NCBI RefSeq assembly: GCF_009914755.1
Contig: NC_060929.1
DNA length: 64,000 nt
Strand: one strand, 5' to 3'
Origin: the human T2T-CHM13v2.0 reference genome, Homo sapiens
Both the position numbers and the translations under genes were made by a program. The notes below the pieces were generated by a model. The model ran no database searches and was not told the origin of the DNA. It saw only the letters and a list, made by a program, of their open reading frames with translations. Every line of letters begins with the position of its first letter. Within the stretch, counting starts at the first letter, position 1. Shown here one piece after another: positions 41,319-55,743 of the stretch.

Positions 41319-44300
41319 GGTACATTTTTAAAAATGAATAGTTATTATCTCAAGTAAATGGCAAGCCAAATGGGTGGAGACTGTCCATGGCATTTAAAAA
41401 TCAACAAATTAGAAAATCCCCAGAAGTATGAGAAGCATGGTATGATATTAATATAATAAGCATTTCAGTATGGTTGGGGGGCAAATCTTTGGCAAGGGAA
41501 GCTTCTAGAATTCAAAGAGGGAGATGGTGCCATATTTAAACTGTTTTCATGCCTTCAAAATGGATAGAAGTATTAGTACTGTTCCTTAATATAAAAGCAA
41601 TATGCAAATATGGTAAATAATTAAGATACTAAACATGTATATAATGCAAAGTTAATACATCTGTCCAGTTGATCCCATCTGTCCTCACCTCACTGAACTG
41701 AAACACACAGTCTGATATATCAGAGGTTATAAATATGTAGCTATTAGCTGACGTTTGCCCTCCTAAAACCTCAAATCCCTTGCACTTTTCTTTTTACTAA
41801 ACAATTTGTCTCAGAAAGATCCTCATATCATTTATGTAGTTCTATATATTCATTTTCCACAGTGAAGAAATTTTTCATTCTTTTCAAACAATCTTCAATG
41901 AACTGATAGGAGGTTCCTTTGTTATTATCACTAGCTATTTTATTGAGTACAATAATGGATATTCTTGTACATGTATTTTCACATATATCTAAGAATATAT
42001 CCGCTGAATAAATCTGTAGTTGGAGAATTGTCCAAAGTATAAACTATTATTTTATGTTTTGTTATTTTTGGATACTCTAGCTAAAATGTACTTCATAATC
42101 CCCTGCCAAGTATTAAATTCCTTTATTTTACAAGACTGATTGGAGAAGAACTACATTTCACTATTGTTTTAATATTATTATTGTCATTGTGAGTGAAGCC
42201 AAAAATCTGTTCATATGTTAATTGATCAGAAAACGATGATGATCATTTCAAATGTTTGAAAAATCAGTGTGATAAATTGAATCATGGAAATAAGGCAAAA
42301 TTAAGGAGCCTATTTTTGTAGGTTTTGAAATAAAATTATGTTTTCCTTTGTTAATATGTTCCTGCTCTCAATGCCACTGGACTCTAAGATTCTTGTAAAT
42401 ATTTGTTGTGAAACTGAAATGTCACAGAGAAGGGCTTAAAACTAACATATTTAATCCATAGCTGTATAGTTTGATTGCACTGGTATTGATACTTCAATAA
42501 CTCACAAGCTTTTTTCCCTGATATCAATGTTCATTAATTCTGTTGATTCTCTTTTCCTTGTTTTATTGAAAATTGTCATCAAAGATCTTAGATGTTCATT
42601 TTCCTTGTCCTTTGCTGATTTTACTGGCTGGTTAAAAAAATGTGTGTAACGTGTGTGTATGTCTGTGAGTGCATATGTACAAATATATATATATATATAA
42701 AATATATATACACACATATATACACCCATGCAACTGACCCTGAGTCACCTTATTCTCAATACTTCTTTATACCAAAACCAATTTTAAGTCTAGAAGGTTT
42801 ATTTTTATATTCTTAAGTTATAGCAAAGTTAACAATATAGTTATGAGATTAATGAATCCAATTAAGTTAAATAAATGGTGTAATTAAGTTAAATGTAGTT
42901 ATTAAATTAATAAAGTTAATGAATATAATTAAAATACTTTAAAAATACCGAATTATAATATTTAACATGAATCTATTTTGTGTTGCTTTTATGAAAGTGT
43001 CACCAAACTAAATATTTATTCATTTTCCCCTTCATATATACAGTGTAAATTATAGTTATTGATCTTATTGTTCTTTCTGATCAATTCTTTTTTCAAGTAG
43101 CTATGTAAAGAAATGACCATGAGTCACGTTATTTTACAGTAAAGAATAATCCTATTAGGTTTATCTATAGTTTTCTAACAATTTACCTAACATGAGAAAT
43201 GTGAAGAAAAACAACCTCACTGCATCTATGTATACACATACACATGATTGACATGATTTCATGTATTGCATAAATGTTTCTCCCAATATATTGTTGCTTC
43301 ATGATCAAGCTTTTTTGTTCAAGTTACATCCTATTTAGCTGACTTGTTAACCTAAAATAAGCATAGAAAATAGCTAAATGATTGCAACAACTCCAAAGAA
43401 GTTTGATAGAATAATTGAGTATCCCTTGGAATTTATGCAATTGTAATCAGAACCTTCATTGCTCTGCCTTCACTGAATGTTTTTCCATATATTTACATAG
43501 GCTAGACCTCATTTATTTTCTTAAAAAAAAAATCTCATTTTGCAAAACTGACCTTGACCTGTATGCCTGTATAAATATAAATAGACGATTTTTCTTATAA
43601 AACTTGCAGGTCCTACAGTGATTCAAATGTCTAGTGTAAATATAGTAAGAATGGTCCTGGGATGTTCACATATAATTCAAGTTGAATACCAACATAAACT
43701 CTCATTTCCTCTAAATTTTCTGATCCATAGAGGGGAAAAGAATGTTAGCAGTAAAAACATTAGAAATGCTTCTGACATAGAAGGGGCCATTCTTATCAAA
43801 ATTCCCACATTTCAGCTACCTTTTGTCCTATGAAGTTCCTTTTGACATAAATGCAAACTCTGCTTCTTTTCAGCTTTATGCAAAGCTAAAATGGGAGCCT
43901 CTACTTCTAGCCTTGACCAGAAAGTCAGAAAAGAGAATGTGTACTTTATGATTCCAGCATCATTCACCATGAAAATGGTCAAGATGAAGCACGCATTACC
44001 AGGAGTGAAATGGCATGAGAGAAAATTAGGATTCACTCATCGGTCATATTATATCTCATAGAATACAAACGAAGGTTTTAGCCTTGAACACATCATTTTC
44101 AAGAGGCAATTTTTACACTCTGGGGAGTGCTAACTACAGAAATGTATTTTCACTCTCACTATTTCATTCCAACTTTAGCGAAATACCTGCTTAGTAGGAT
44201 CAGCATTAAGTAATCCATTGTGCTCTCAATGTATAAAATTCACTAAATATAAGAACTACAGTAGAAAAAGAATTGAGTGAATCATTATCTTGCAACATAT

Positions 44301-45170
44301 TATTTGTATATGTTGCTAAAATCAACTACATGGCTGAAATGTAGGATTTGCTTTAGGATATTTGCTTCTGAAGTTTAATCTCTTTACAGTGAAATCTGTG
44401 TGTACTGATCTAACAAATGTGTTTCTGTGCATGTGTGTGTACACATGCCTGCAGCATGCTAAGGGGATAGGAAACGTAAGGGGGTTAGGTAATTTTTCTT
44501 TTCACAGCCTGCACACAAGTGCATTAAAATACACACACACACACCCATATGTGATAAGAAAATATAAAAACACTATAAAATGCATAATAACAGAACACAG
44601 AGACAGCAACCACTGACCGGCAGGTGAGAAAATGGCTCATAAAAAGTGACATCAGATGAACACCTTTTAAGTCTCAACAGGATTTACTATTCATAGAATA
44701 AAATGGAAGGTATGAATAAACTGGGAAAGTGAAGTGATTAAATGGTAAATTAAATATTGGTGTGATTAGGGGTTAATAATAGTGAATGTCCTATTTTAAA
44801 GGTTTTAAAAGAATGGCAATCTAGATGTATTCGAGCATTTTCCCTATGCAAGAGTCATTAAAATCTTTGAGGAGGATAACATTGTGACATGTAATTTAGG
44901 GAAAACGTACTGTAGTAACAGGATAAAAAACTTATTTCAAAGGGGAAAAGGAAACCAGATGTAATAAGACCAGTTAGGGGTCTAATATAAGAAAGTCAAC
45001 TGGAAACATTGAAAGATTGACGGCTGTCAGCAGCAACTAATATGCAACCGTATTTTGGAGTTTGGAAGAGAAATCAAAAGAACCAGATTAATCACAGGAG
45101 TCACAAAAAAGGCAGAGACATCAATAATAAGCTCAATGCATCTGTTTTTCTGGAAACTATTTTTCTTATA

Positions 45171-45412
45171 CAGTTGTCCCTCAGTATATGTGGGGGCTGA
45201 GTTCCAGGAAACCCATGTATATCAAAATCTGAGAATACTCACGTTCTGCCATTGGCCCTGTGGAACCCCCCCACAAAAGAAAACTCAGCCAAAAAAGTCA
45301 GCCCTCCCTATATAAGGATTTCTCTTCCCACTTTTCAATCTGAGTTTGGGTGAAAAGTCTGCCTACAAGTGGACATACGCAGTTAAATCAGTGTCGTTAA
45401 AGGATCAACTGT
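45171..45412 (+). mobile_element. MER8 Tigger MITE
   Basis: ta|cagttgtccct...aaggatcaactg|ta: terminal inverted repeats with TA target duplication. Confidence 0.88.
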
Positions 45413-45626
45413 ACTTTCTCTACTGGATGCTTTTCAGCGGTCCTGTGACATGAAATATTAAAACAATTTCTACCAGGCTTTAACAACATATGGTCAAACA
45501 CTGAAAAAAGTCCTCTGCTCCTGCACTTTAGTTGCAGATTGTGGGTAGGAGGAAGAAACTAAGATGTGAGAATGATGACACTTAATCTTGATGCTGCTAA
45601 CTGTAGCAAAGTAATAGTAAACTCAG

Positions 45627-45922
<296 letters not shown>

Positions 45923-46723
45923 TTAAACTTAGATTTTTATCTGACTTGGAAGCAATATCTGATCACTGGGTATCAGTGGGGCTTTAAATTGATTACTGGA
46001 GCTCTAAAATTGACTACTGAATGTGCTCTCTATACCAGATCTATATTATGACTTCAGTTAATGACCTAAGAAATTGGAAAACTTGAGCCACAATGGTCTG
46101 TTTAGCCTCTGGAAGGTCCCACTAGGTATCTGATTGCATGAACGTATCATTTTCTTTTGTACATTAGCTTACAATCCCCTTTTTAGTATCTATTTTATTT
46201 TGTATTTTTTTTTTTACAAAAGATGTTCCTTGAAGATTAGCAGCACAAGACATATTAACAACTGATGTTGTTACTTGAAATTCAAGACCGAATTTAAATT
46301 TATTGCAAACATGTAATTATATAACACTATTCGTCAATTTCAACCTCTTCCATGGCCAAAGCTTTTCGAGTAATTCCAACTAGAAGAAATTTCACCAATT
46401 CGAGTGTCTCGCTCTCTGCCCTGATACATGTTAGGGAGCCCGTGTTAATAAATATTTATTTGAATGGATTTCCTTTCTTTTTGTGTTATTATCTCATTTT
46501 CTTTTTTAATATGATGAACACATTTAAGGTTCAAAACAGTGTTTACAATGCCTTTTTATATTTTAAAATGCAGTGAAACATCAACAAAACAATATGTAAA
46601 GTCTAGGCTTTTTAATATGCCCCCATTTTAATTATCTTGCATAGTATGTTTTAAAACTTACTTTTTTCCTACTCTGCTCTATTTGTTAAGATCATTTATT
46701 CATGTTAAGAAAAGGCTGTCTAT

Positions 46724-47030
46724 AGCTGGGTGTGATGGCTCACGTCTGTAATCCTAACACTTTGGGAGGCCAAGGCAGGCAGATCACCTGAGATCAGGAG
46801 TTCAAGACCAGCCTAGCTAACATGGTGAAACCTCGTCTCTACTAAAACACAAAAATTAGCCGGGCATGATGGTGGGTGCCTGTATTCCCAGCTACTCAGG
46901 AGGCTGAGACTAGAGAATCGCTTGAACCTGGGAGACAGTGGTTGCAGAGATGAGATTGCGCCACTGCACTTCAGCCAGGGCAGCTGAGTGAGACTCCATC
47001 TAAAAAAATAATAGAAAAGAAAGAAGTTAA
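46724..47030 (+). mobile_element. AluS
   Basis: Full Alu; TSD aaaaggctgtctata / aaaaggccatctata. Confidence 0.95.
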
Positions 47031-47424
47031 AAAAGGCCATCTATAGCAAGCAAAATAATGAGCTTGTACTTATGAAGACAAATAACTAAAAGAAACATGA
47101 TAGGTGCTTTTTTTTTTATCTTTGTAGAATTCCAACAAAGCAGTTCTATAGGTTTGAAAGATATTCGCCTGTTCATTTGAGATCTCCTATCTTGTGTTTA
47201 ATCAGTGCCGTGATTACAATAGGACTATAGAGAATGTTATAGTCCTGTGCTCAAAGAACCTAGATTAAAATCAACAATGAATTGAGTGTAAATGTGTGCC
47301 AGGCACTGAACTGGCTGGTGAGGCTTCTATAGTTTCAGGAATAAACTTGTCTGAATGGATATTGATGGGAGTATTTTCATAAAATACAAAAGACAAAACA
47401 GTGACATGAGTGTTAATTTATTTT

Positions 47425-47770
47425 GATTTTTTCAAGATTTATTGAGGTATACAAATGACAAATACAAAATGTATCTACTTAAGGTGTACAATATGATGTT
47501 TTGATATACATATAAATTATGAAGTGAGCACACTTAACCTAATTAACATATCCATCACCTCATATAGTTACCCTTTTGTGTGTGTGTGTGTGTGTGCATG
47601 TGTGTTGAGAAAACAATATCTACTCTCTTCGCAAATTTCAAGTATACAACAGAGTATTGTAACTGTAGTCACCATGCTGTACATTTGATCTCTAGAATCT
47701 ATCCATCCTATCACTAACAGTTTTGACCCTTTGACCAACAACTCTCCATTTTCCCCACCCTTAGCCCCAT
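47425..47770 (-). mobile_element. L1MA-type 3' end with (TG)n
   Basis: tttattgaggtata...aaggtgtacaatatgatgttttgatatac...gtagtcaccatgctgtaca...ccctttgaccaaca. Confidence 0.85.
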
Positions 47771-49202
47771 ATCTGTTATATACATATAATAGAATAAAAA
47801 AACAGAAAGTTTACAAGATAAAGGCTGACTATGACCTTTGACATCTGCCCTCACTTTCTGATTGACATGTGAGTGGAAGTGCTCACAGAATTGCCCTGGA
47901 AAGAAGGAAAGCTACTTCCTGATTTCACAGCCACTTGAGACATTGTTACCAGAAAAGAAGGGATGTGACCCTCAAATAGACTTGCGAGATCTAGACCAGA
48001 AGTGACTAGAAAATATTTACATACCGCCAAAGCAGATTCCAATTTGAAGGTCTGAATTATTTTCCAATAAGGAAGCATTGAACTCTCATGTTTCTTAACA
48101 TGCTGGAGCACCTCAAAATATACAAAGTCTTATTCTTAAGAGTGACATATTGAAATAAGAGAATGAGTCATACCATCACCTATGATATAAAACTCTCTAC
48201 CTAATGAATTGAAACATGAACTGAAATAGTAAGTATAGCTTTGGGGTAAACAACAAGAGAGTTTATTTTGACTTAGCACATTTGAAAAATTTTTAAATAC
48301 TACAATATTATAAGCCTTAGTGTGACACATGCATATTCACATTGTGCTGTGTTTCTCAAAAGCAATCCTGGTGTTCAGGTTTTTCTCTTCACAAAGTTGT
48401 TGTGTTGGACAGATATACCCATTGAGGATTATTAAGAAAGTCTGACCCAAACAAACAAATATACAGATAGACAAAAATTTATTGACACTGGCCACCAACC
48501 AAAGAGGAAGAACTGCAAAATTTATGGCCTTAATTTAAGCTTCTTATAGCCTATATCATAACCAGGCTTTCCCTCTGAGGGTAATTCCCAGTTATGGGTA
48601 GTAGAGACTGTATAGATAGAGCTCAAACAGAGAGAAGCAATATTATTGTGCTGAGGAGACCGAGGTTAGCGTTTAAGCCTGAGACAGTGGTAAGAAATTG
48701 GAAGGCACGATCTTAGAGAGGAGTCACAGAGAGTGAAACCTCCAGGTCTCTTTTTAAAATGCCCAACTGTTTTGTTGTTGTCTAAACTTCACATGCACAA
48801 GACAGAAATCCAAGTCACTTAGTAGAAAATGTTGGCAAGAAATCTAAGGAAATAAACAGAAATTTAATGAGGAGGAAAAAGAAATTGGAGTTCAATCCTC
48901 CACCAAGTTAGTGTGAATTTGAGAGTGCTTCAAAAGTTCTGTAGATCTCAAGCAGGGGCAAGTTCTAGACGTAATGACAAACCTGAACTATTTCTACCTT
49001 AACATAAACTCTATATGAACAGAAATAGTGATGAAACAGATTGGATGAAATATTGATAATCAGTGAATCTGGCTAAAGAGTATACAGAAGTTGGCAGAAT
49101 TTGAGTGACCTTCCTATAAGATTGAAAAATGTTAAGTTACCAAAAATACACAGGCATATTGATTGTGATAACATTTAATCTTTAGGTTATTTTACAGTCC
49201 TC

Positions 49203-49442
49203 TAATTTTTTGTTTGTTTTGTTATTTGAGACAGGGTCTCACCCAGGTTAGTGTGCAGTGGTGCGATCTTGGCTGACGGCAACTTCTGCTTCCCGGGCTC
49301 AAGCAATCCTCCCACCTCAGCCTCCCAAAGAGCTGAGACCACAGGCGCAGGACACCACACCAGGCTAATTTTGTGTATTTTTGTGTAAAGATGAGGTTTT
49401 GCCATGTTGCACAGGCTGGTCTTGAACTCCTGAGCTCAAGTA
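49203..49442 (-). mobile_element. AluJb-like, 5'-truncated
   Basis: gagacagggtctc...cccgggctcaagcaatcctcccacctcagcc...gaactcctgagctcaag. Confidence 0.92.
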
Positions 49443-50236
49443 GCCTTCTAATTTTTATGCATATTTGATTTCTCCATATATTGCTTCCTTTTATGTTTCT
49501 AGCATTTTTTAATTGTTGAACATCTTATTATGCATACTGGCCACTTGGATATCATCTTTTGTGAATTATCTATTAAGTCTTTTTGGTTTAATTTATATCT
49601 TCTCTTATGTTTTTCTTATCAATTTATAAATATTAGTAAGCATAAAAAATTTTGTTATCTGTATTATTGTATGTATTATATTTACTAAAATTACTGTCTC
49701 TTATTTGCAGATATATTATTTGTTTATACCACTAAATGAAGATTTCAGAATCTATACTCTAAGAACAAGGAAATAGTCTAATATAATCATAGTATTATTA
49801 TACATTTAAATTAAATAATTTTAACAATAGAATTATATTCCACATTAGAAGAAACAGTCCATCTTCAAATATGCCCATTGTTCTAGTAATGCCATTATGA
49901 CAATTTCTAACTTAAATTCAAAATTCAATGCAAGATTATACATTTTCTTAAATAGGCATTTCATGTTAGTTTCTTTATTCTCAAACAGTTTCTCAGACTA
50001 ATGGAAACTGACAAGATAATTTTATGAAAATCTAAAGGACTTTGAAAGTCACAGTGATCTTCTAAAGGAGGACTACAGTTGGGGAGCTTACATGACCAGA
50101 CAGAAAAATAAAACCATAATGCCTCAATAATTAAGGCAGTTTGGTATTGACATCAAATATAATTGACGGTTTTGTTTTCAATAAGTAACATTCTACAAAG
50201 TATATTAAAATTTTATATAGAGATATATATGTGTGC

Positions 50237-50268
<32 letters not shown>

Positions 50269-50299
50269 GGCACTAAATAATAACCAGGAGCAAACAAAG

Positions 50300-52880
50300 A
50301 CTGGAAAGATTACAAGCAAATAGAGGATAAAAAGAATTCTACATTAATTTCTTTGAGGGAATACTTCATTTCATATGTCATGTAAAATATGAAGTTTAAG
50401 AATTAAGGGTCAGGATTCAAGGCTGCCATATTGGTTAACAATTGAAAGGAGAAAGATCCAGGAATGGAGGAAGCCACAGAGGAGGTGACCCTAAAATTGG
50501 CATACACATGCATGACACCTAAACTGAACATGTACACAGTAAGACACAAGTAAGAACTCAGAGACATTTGAAGCACTTCAGATACTGAGAAGAGTTTAAA
50601 ATTCAAGTTCCTTTTAAGTAGATGTGCTTGGTAAACACTTTGGGGTTTTCAGTGAAACATTAGTAGAGTAATAACTTAAGATTAAGGAAGCTGTACTAAG
50701 AAGGGTTACACTACAGGACTCAGGGAATAAACAAAATAATAGCCTGCCTAGAAATTTCTAAAACCAAACCTACACAGGATCAAAGTAGCATCCAGTGCAA
50801 TTTTACTTCCTGCTGGGACGAAACTCAACACTCTTTAAAGCAAGATAATAGAATTTCTGTAATGTGTTAATCACAATGTCTAGTATATAATCTAAGCTTT
50901 CTAGAGAGTAAAAAAACAGAAACATTCTAACACATAATAAAAAAAAGATAGTGAATAGAAATAGACTTAAAGAAGACCCTGATATTGAATTTAGTGGGAC
51001 AAAGACTTATAAATAATTGACATCAATATATTGAAGAATTTATAGAGAATACTAAAATAATTGGAAGTACATGGGAAATGCCATAAAATATGTAAAAATT
51101 CTAACAGATAATAAAGGAAACCCAGAACTGAAATTATAATAACTGAATTAAAAATGTATAATGGTAGATTAGACACAGAAACATAAGAAACAATAAATCT
51201 GAAAATAAATTTTCCAAATTTAAGCACAGAGACAATATTATATTAACCAAAAATAGTTTCCAACTATGGGATGATATGAAATGCCCTAAAATACTTGTAT
51301 TTGAAGTTTCTAAAAGGAAGAGATAGTGGCCACAAAAATAACTTTTTTTTTAAATGCTCATTTAATTTTAAAATCCAATGAAAACAACTCACTGATCTAA
51401 GGAGGCCAGTGAATTTCAAACAGAATTAAAAAGAAAAAAAAACAGAGTTAGGTATCAAATTAAGAATACTGAAAGCAAAGATATAAATAGAACTTTAAAA
51501 GCAGCCAGAAAAACAAACATATTACATATAGGGCAGCAACAATAAGAATAACCGCTAACTTTTGATTAAAAGTAATATAATTCACAATACAATGTAACAA
51601 CAATTTTAAGTGCTAAAAGGAAAATAAACTGTCAGATTAATCCATGGTTCTATATCCAGTTAAAATATTTTTCAAAAATGAAAATGAAATAAAGATATTT
51701 CTATTAACGAAAAGCTAAGAAAACTTGTTTCCAGCAGACCCACACTACAAGTAATGCTGAAAGAATCCTTCAAGTTGAAGGGAAATGATGTCACACAGAA
51801 ATTCTGAACTATAGATAAGAATAAAAAGCACTGACTAGACATATTTATATAAATTAATAGAAAAGATTATCTTTATTTCTGAAAGTTTTAAAATAAATAA
51901 TGAATTGTTTAATAATAAACATTAACAATGCATTATGCAGTTTACAATATATATAAGAAAAATATATGACAAAAATAGAACAAAGTCTTGCAAGATAAAT
52001 TATACTATTGTAAGATGAGTGTATTATATGCTAAAATATACACTATTAATTCAATTTATACTGTAACAAATTAATAATGAATCCTGAGATGCCTTAAATA
52101 CAGACTAAAAACATAAAAACACAAAGAAGTATAGCCAAGAATAGCCAATAAAGAGCATAAACATAGATGTTTAAAAAAATGATTAATTGTTCCAAAAGAT
52201 GATAGAAAAAAATTAAAAAAACAGAAACAAAGTTATAAAGAACAACTGGGGGGAACAGAAAACAAGAAAACGGCAGACTTAAATCCAAATATATCAATAA
52301 TGGCATTATATATGAATGGGTTTAAGCCAATTAAATGCCAAATATTGTCAGATTGCGTAAAAAGAATAAACCAACTCTGAGCCCTTTATATGACAATAAA
52401 TCCTTACAGCTGGATTTTTAATAGACTTATACAGAAAGGCTGAGAGCAAGAGAATGATAAAAGATAAACCACACAAGCACACTCATGAGAAAAGTTGTGT
52501 GGGTAAACTCTTAGGAGGCAAAGTTAACCTCAAGTAAGTGGTATTATCACAGGTAAAGGTTGGTATTCATAATGATGAAATATTTAATCAGAAATATAAA
52601 GAAAGATCATTAGATATGTACCTAATAACTGTATTAAAATAAATGAGAAAAAAATGACAGTGGTAAAGAGAAACATTTTTAAATGGAGCATTTAAAACTC
52701 TTACTCCCAGGAAGAATTTAAATATGGAGACACAAAATATGGAATGCTAGAGAATTGAACACCATTGTTAAATTTTTCCTAAAATTCTTTTCCTAAGAAT
52801 ACTATACCCAGCAAGTATGTAATAAACATTCAAGTATATAAGAAACATTTACCAAAGTAGTTTTAAAATGTAGTTTTTTC
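50300..52880 (+). mobile_element. Old L1M 5'/ORF1 to ORF2-start relic
   Basis: ttaaaagcagccagaaaa, ttctatatccagttaaaatatttttcaaaaatgaaaatgaaataaagatattt, ccagcagacccacactacaag (ORF1 C-terminus phrases). Confidence 0.75.
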
Positions 52881-53957
52881 TAAAAAATCTGTGGGAGAAT
52901 ATTATTATAGTTTTTCAAGAGAAACATTTGTTATTGGAAAATATTGAGGAAGTTGGAAGTTTCACAAAATAGTCATGTACAAATATTTTCTCTTTTTGTA
53001 GAAAAAAAGGCATCTTCTTAGATTTGCCTAGTCACTCACTTATTCATTATTATTGAACACTTTTTTTATGCTTCTGTTTTTAACATAAATTTCTGATATG
53101 ATGAATCAGTAATCACCTTCCTTGGAAATTCTGGCTACGAATTAGAATATTTACTGAGTAAATTTTACTAAGTGTATACTCAATTGTCTATCTAAAGTGA
53201 CCCCAATTACCTGAAAAAAATGTTTAAAGAAAGTTAGATATTTTCACAATATTTCCCTGGCATTTTTTCCATAAACACCACCACTGCAGCTATAAGACTC
53301 TTAATATCAGTTATTAGGATTTATAATGCAGAAATTATAAAAGATTTGCTTGAGTACAGTTGCAATATTTGTGAATATCTGGTACAAATGTCTGGTCATC
53401 AGAAAAAGGAAACATGGTAGTTTCTAAACAAACAAACATGCATACATTATTAATTTGGAGATGATTCTAGTGCAAAATTAAGCTAAATACAGTTTATGTA
53501 TTAGGAATTCAGTCTATTGAGTCAGAAGAAAAAATGTCTACTTTTTCTGAACTGAGGCTATTAGCAGGTCTTTCTCACAGCAATGAGCAATAATAGCATT
53601 GCATTTATAATAGAGAAATTCTTTAAGATAAGGACCAATTAATCTTATTTACTATGATTTCTAGGACTTAAGATAGTGTTCCACACTGTAGGTGCTCAGT
53701 TTTTTCAAAATTAATTGAACCATAATATTACACAGGACTAAATTTCACATTAAAATACAGTCCCAACCAGACAAATATCTAGCATAACTAACGCCCCATG
53801 TCGGTACATTGGTTTTTTGTTGGTGGAAGAGAAGAGGTATAAATTTTTGAAATGCCATTGGCTAATATGTACCCAGAACTTTAAAATTATTCGTATATTT
53901 CAATTTTGAGAATTCTCCCTCCAGTAATCTAGCCTTAAAAAGGATAATTTATAATAC

Positions 53958-54304
53958 ATAATCATCCCTCGGTATCCGTGGGTGATTGGTTCCAGGAATC
54001 CCTGCAGATACCAAAATGTGCAAATGCTCAAGTCCCTATATAAAATGGTGCAGAATTTACATTTAACCGATGCACATCATTCTGTTTACTTAAAATCATT
54101 TCTAGATTACTTGTAATACCTAATACCCTCTAAATGCAATGTAAACAATTGTTATACTATATTGTTTAGGGAGTAATGACAAGAAAAAGAAGTCTGTACA
54201 TTTTCACTAAAGGTGCAACAATCCTTTATTTTTCTCTGAATATTTTCAGTCTACTGTTGGCTGAATAAACATATGTGGAATCCACATATATGGAGAGCCA
54301 ACTG
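53958..54304 (+). mobile_element. MER2 Tigger MITE
   Basis: catccctcggtatccgtgggtgattggttccagga...gctcaagtccctatataaaatggtg...tggagagccaactg|ta. Confidence 0.88.
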
Positions 54305-54807
54305 TACTAAAAATATCAGCTAAAATATTTGGGAGGCAGAGGCAGGTGGATCATGTTTTTATACATGCTTGCATGTATAAAACCAGAGAGTCTAAACAAA
54401 ATGTGTGGAAAAATTTTAAATTTTTATGATTTTATATATGACATAATATGACATGGCTAATACTAACATTTTAACAGTATGCCAAAATGTAGCATTGACA
54501 GAGAAAAGCAAGATAAAACAGGCATAAAAACAATAGAAAATCAACAGTGTCAAAAATAAAACCAATAAATAGGTAGAAAAATATTTAGACAACTTACCCT
54601 TGTCTTAGTGAAATCATTATAAATATCTTAGGTTTTTTAAAATGATTTTTAAATTTTATGTTCCTGGTTTTTAACAGGGAGCACATACTGCTTTCATAAT
54701 GACATCATCATCATCATCATCATTTACAGCCTTGTACATAAATAATTCTCCCCATCCCTCTCTCCATACCCTTCTGAAGATAATGTCACTTCTGTCACTT
54801 GTTGTTT

Positions 54808-54950
54808 CCCTCCCTCCGTCTCGTCCTTCCTGATGAGTATATAAAGGTGGATTCGATCATCTGCAAGTTTTTCCCTCCCTCCCACCCTTCCTCCCTTCCT
54901 TCCTTATTGATGAGTGTATATATAAAGGTGGATTTGATCATGTGCAAGTT
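54808..54950. repeat. Imperfect two-copy tandem duplication (~60-80 bp unit)
   Basis: tccctccctcc...tgatgagt(gt)atataaaggtggatt(c/t)gatcat(c/g)tgcaagttt occurs twice. Confidence 0.9.
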
Positions 54951-55432
54951 TAGAAGATGAGTTGGAATATTAGAAGTAGTTCAAAAACACTGAAATCAGT
55001 GGTGGAAGTGTAAAACAAAATTAAACATACAACTTGGTAGCCATATTAAGAACCATTTTCTACCACACTTAATATTTTTTAAATGGCTTCACAGTTATGA
55101 GAACCCTCCAATATAATGGAAATATAGGAAAGGAATCAGAAGAACAGCAAAGAGGAAGTTTGACTTTGATGTACCATTTGTCAGAAAAAGGGAATATATT
55201 TCTATAAAATTTTCTCTGCTTTTTCTATTTTTCATAATGTCAATTTCTCAGGATTCAGATTAATAAAGAATAAAGATTTTTAAAATAGTAGCTAAATATT
55301 AATTTTGAGTAAACCTATATTGTCAAAAATTTGGGGAAAGAAATCCAACACAGAGTGAAAGCCCAAATGTCACAGAAACTAGGAGACAATGTAGAAGATG
55401 TATCCAAATAATTCAACTTGTGCTATGAATAA

Positions 55433-55743
55433 GTTTTTTTTGTTTTTTTGTTTTTTTGTTTTTTTTGAGATGGAGTCTTGCTCCATCGCCCAGGCTCGAT
55501 CTCGGCTCACTGGCTCACTGCAACCTCCGCCTCCTGGGTTCAAGTGATTCTCCTGCCTCAGCCTCCCGAGTAGCTAGGATTACAGGCACCTGCCACCACA
55601 CCTGGATAATATTTGTATTTTTTTTTAGTAGAGATGGGGTTTCACCATCTTGGCAAGGCTGGTCTCAAACTCCTGACCTCGTGATTTACCCGCCTCCGCC
55701 TCCCAGAGTGTTAGGATTGCAGGCGTGAGCCACCGCGCCTGGT
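55433..55743 (-). mobile_element. AluS
   Basis: Antisense Alu with small internal deletion and tggctcac duplication; TSD tatgaataag(t/a)tttt. Confidence 0.95.

Noticed and set aside
45018-45029. tgacggctgtca, near-palindromic MEIS/TGIF-type site
   Set aside because: Single imperfect motif with no supporting context.
47221-47246. 9-bp inverted repeat aggactata...tatagtcct
   Set aside because: Length is within chance expectation for 64 kb and is not at an evident junction.
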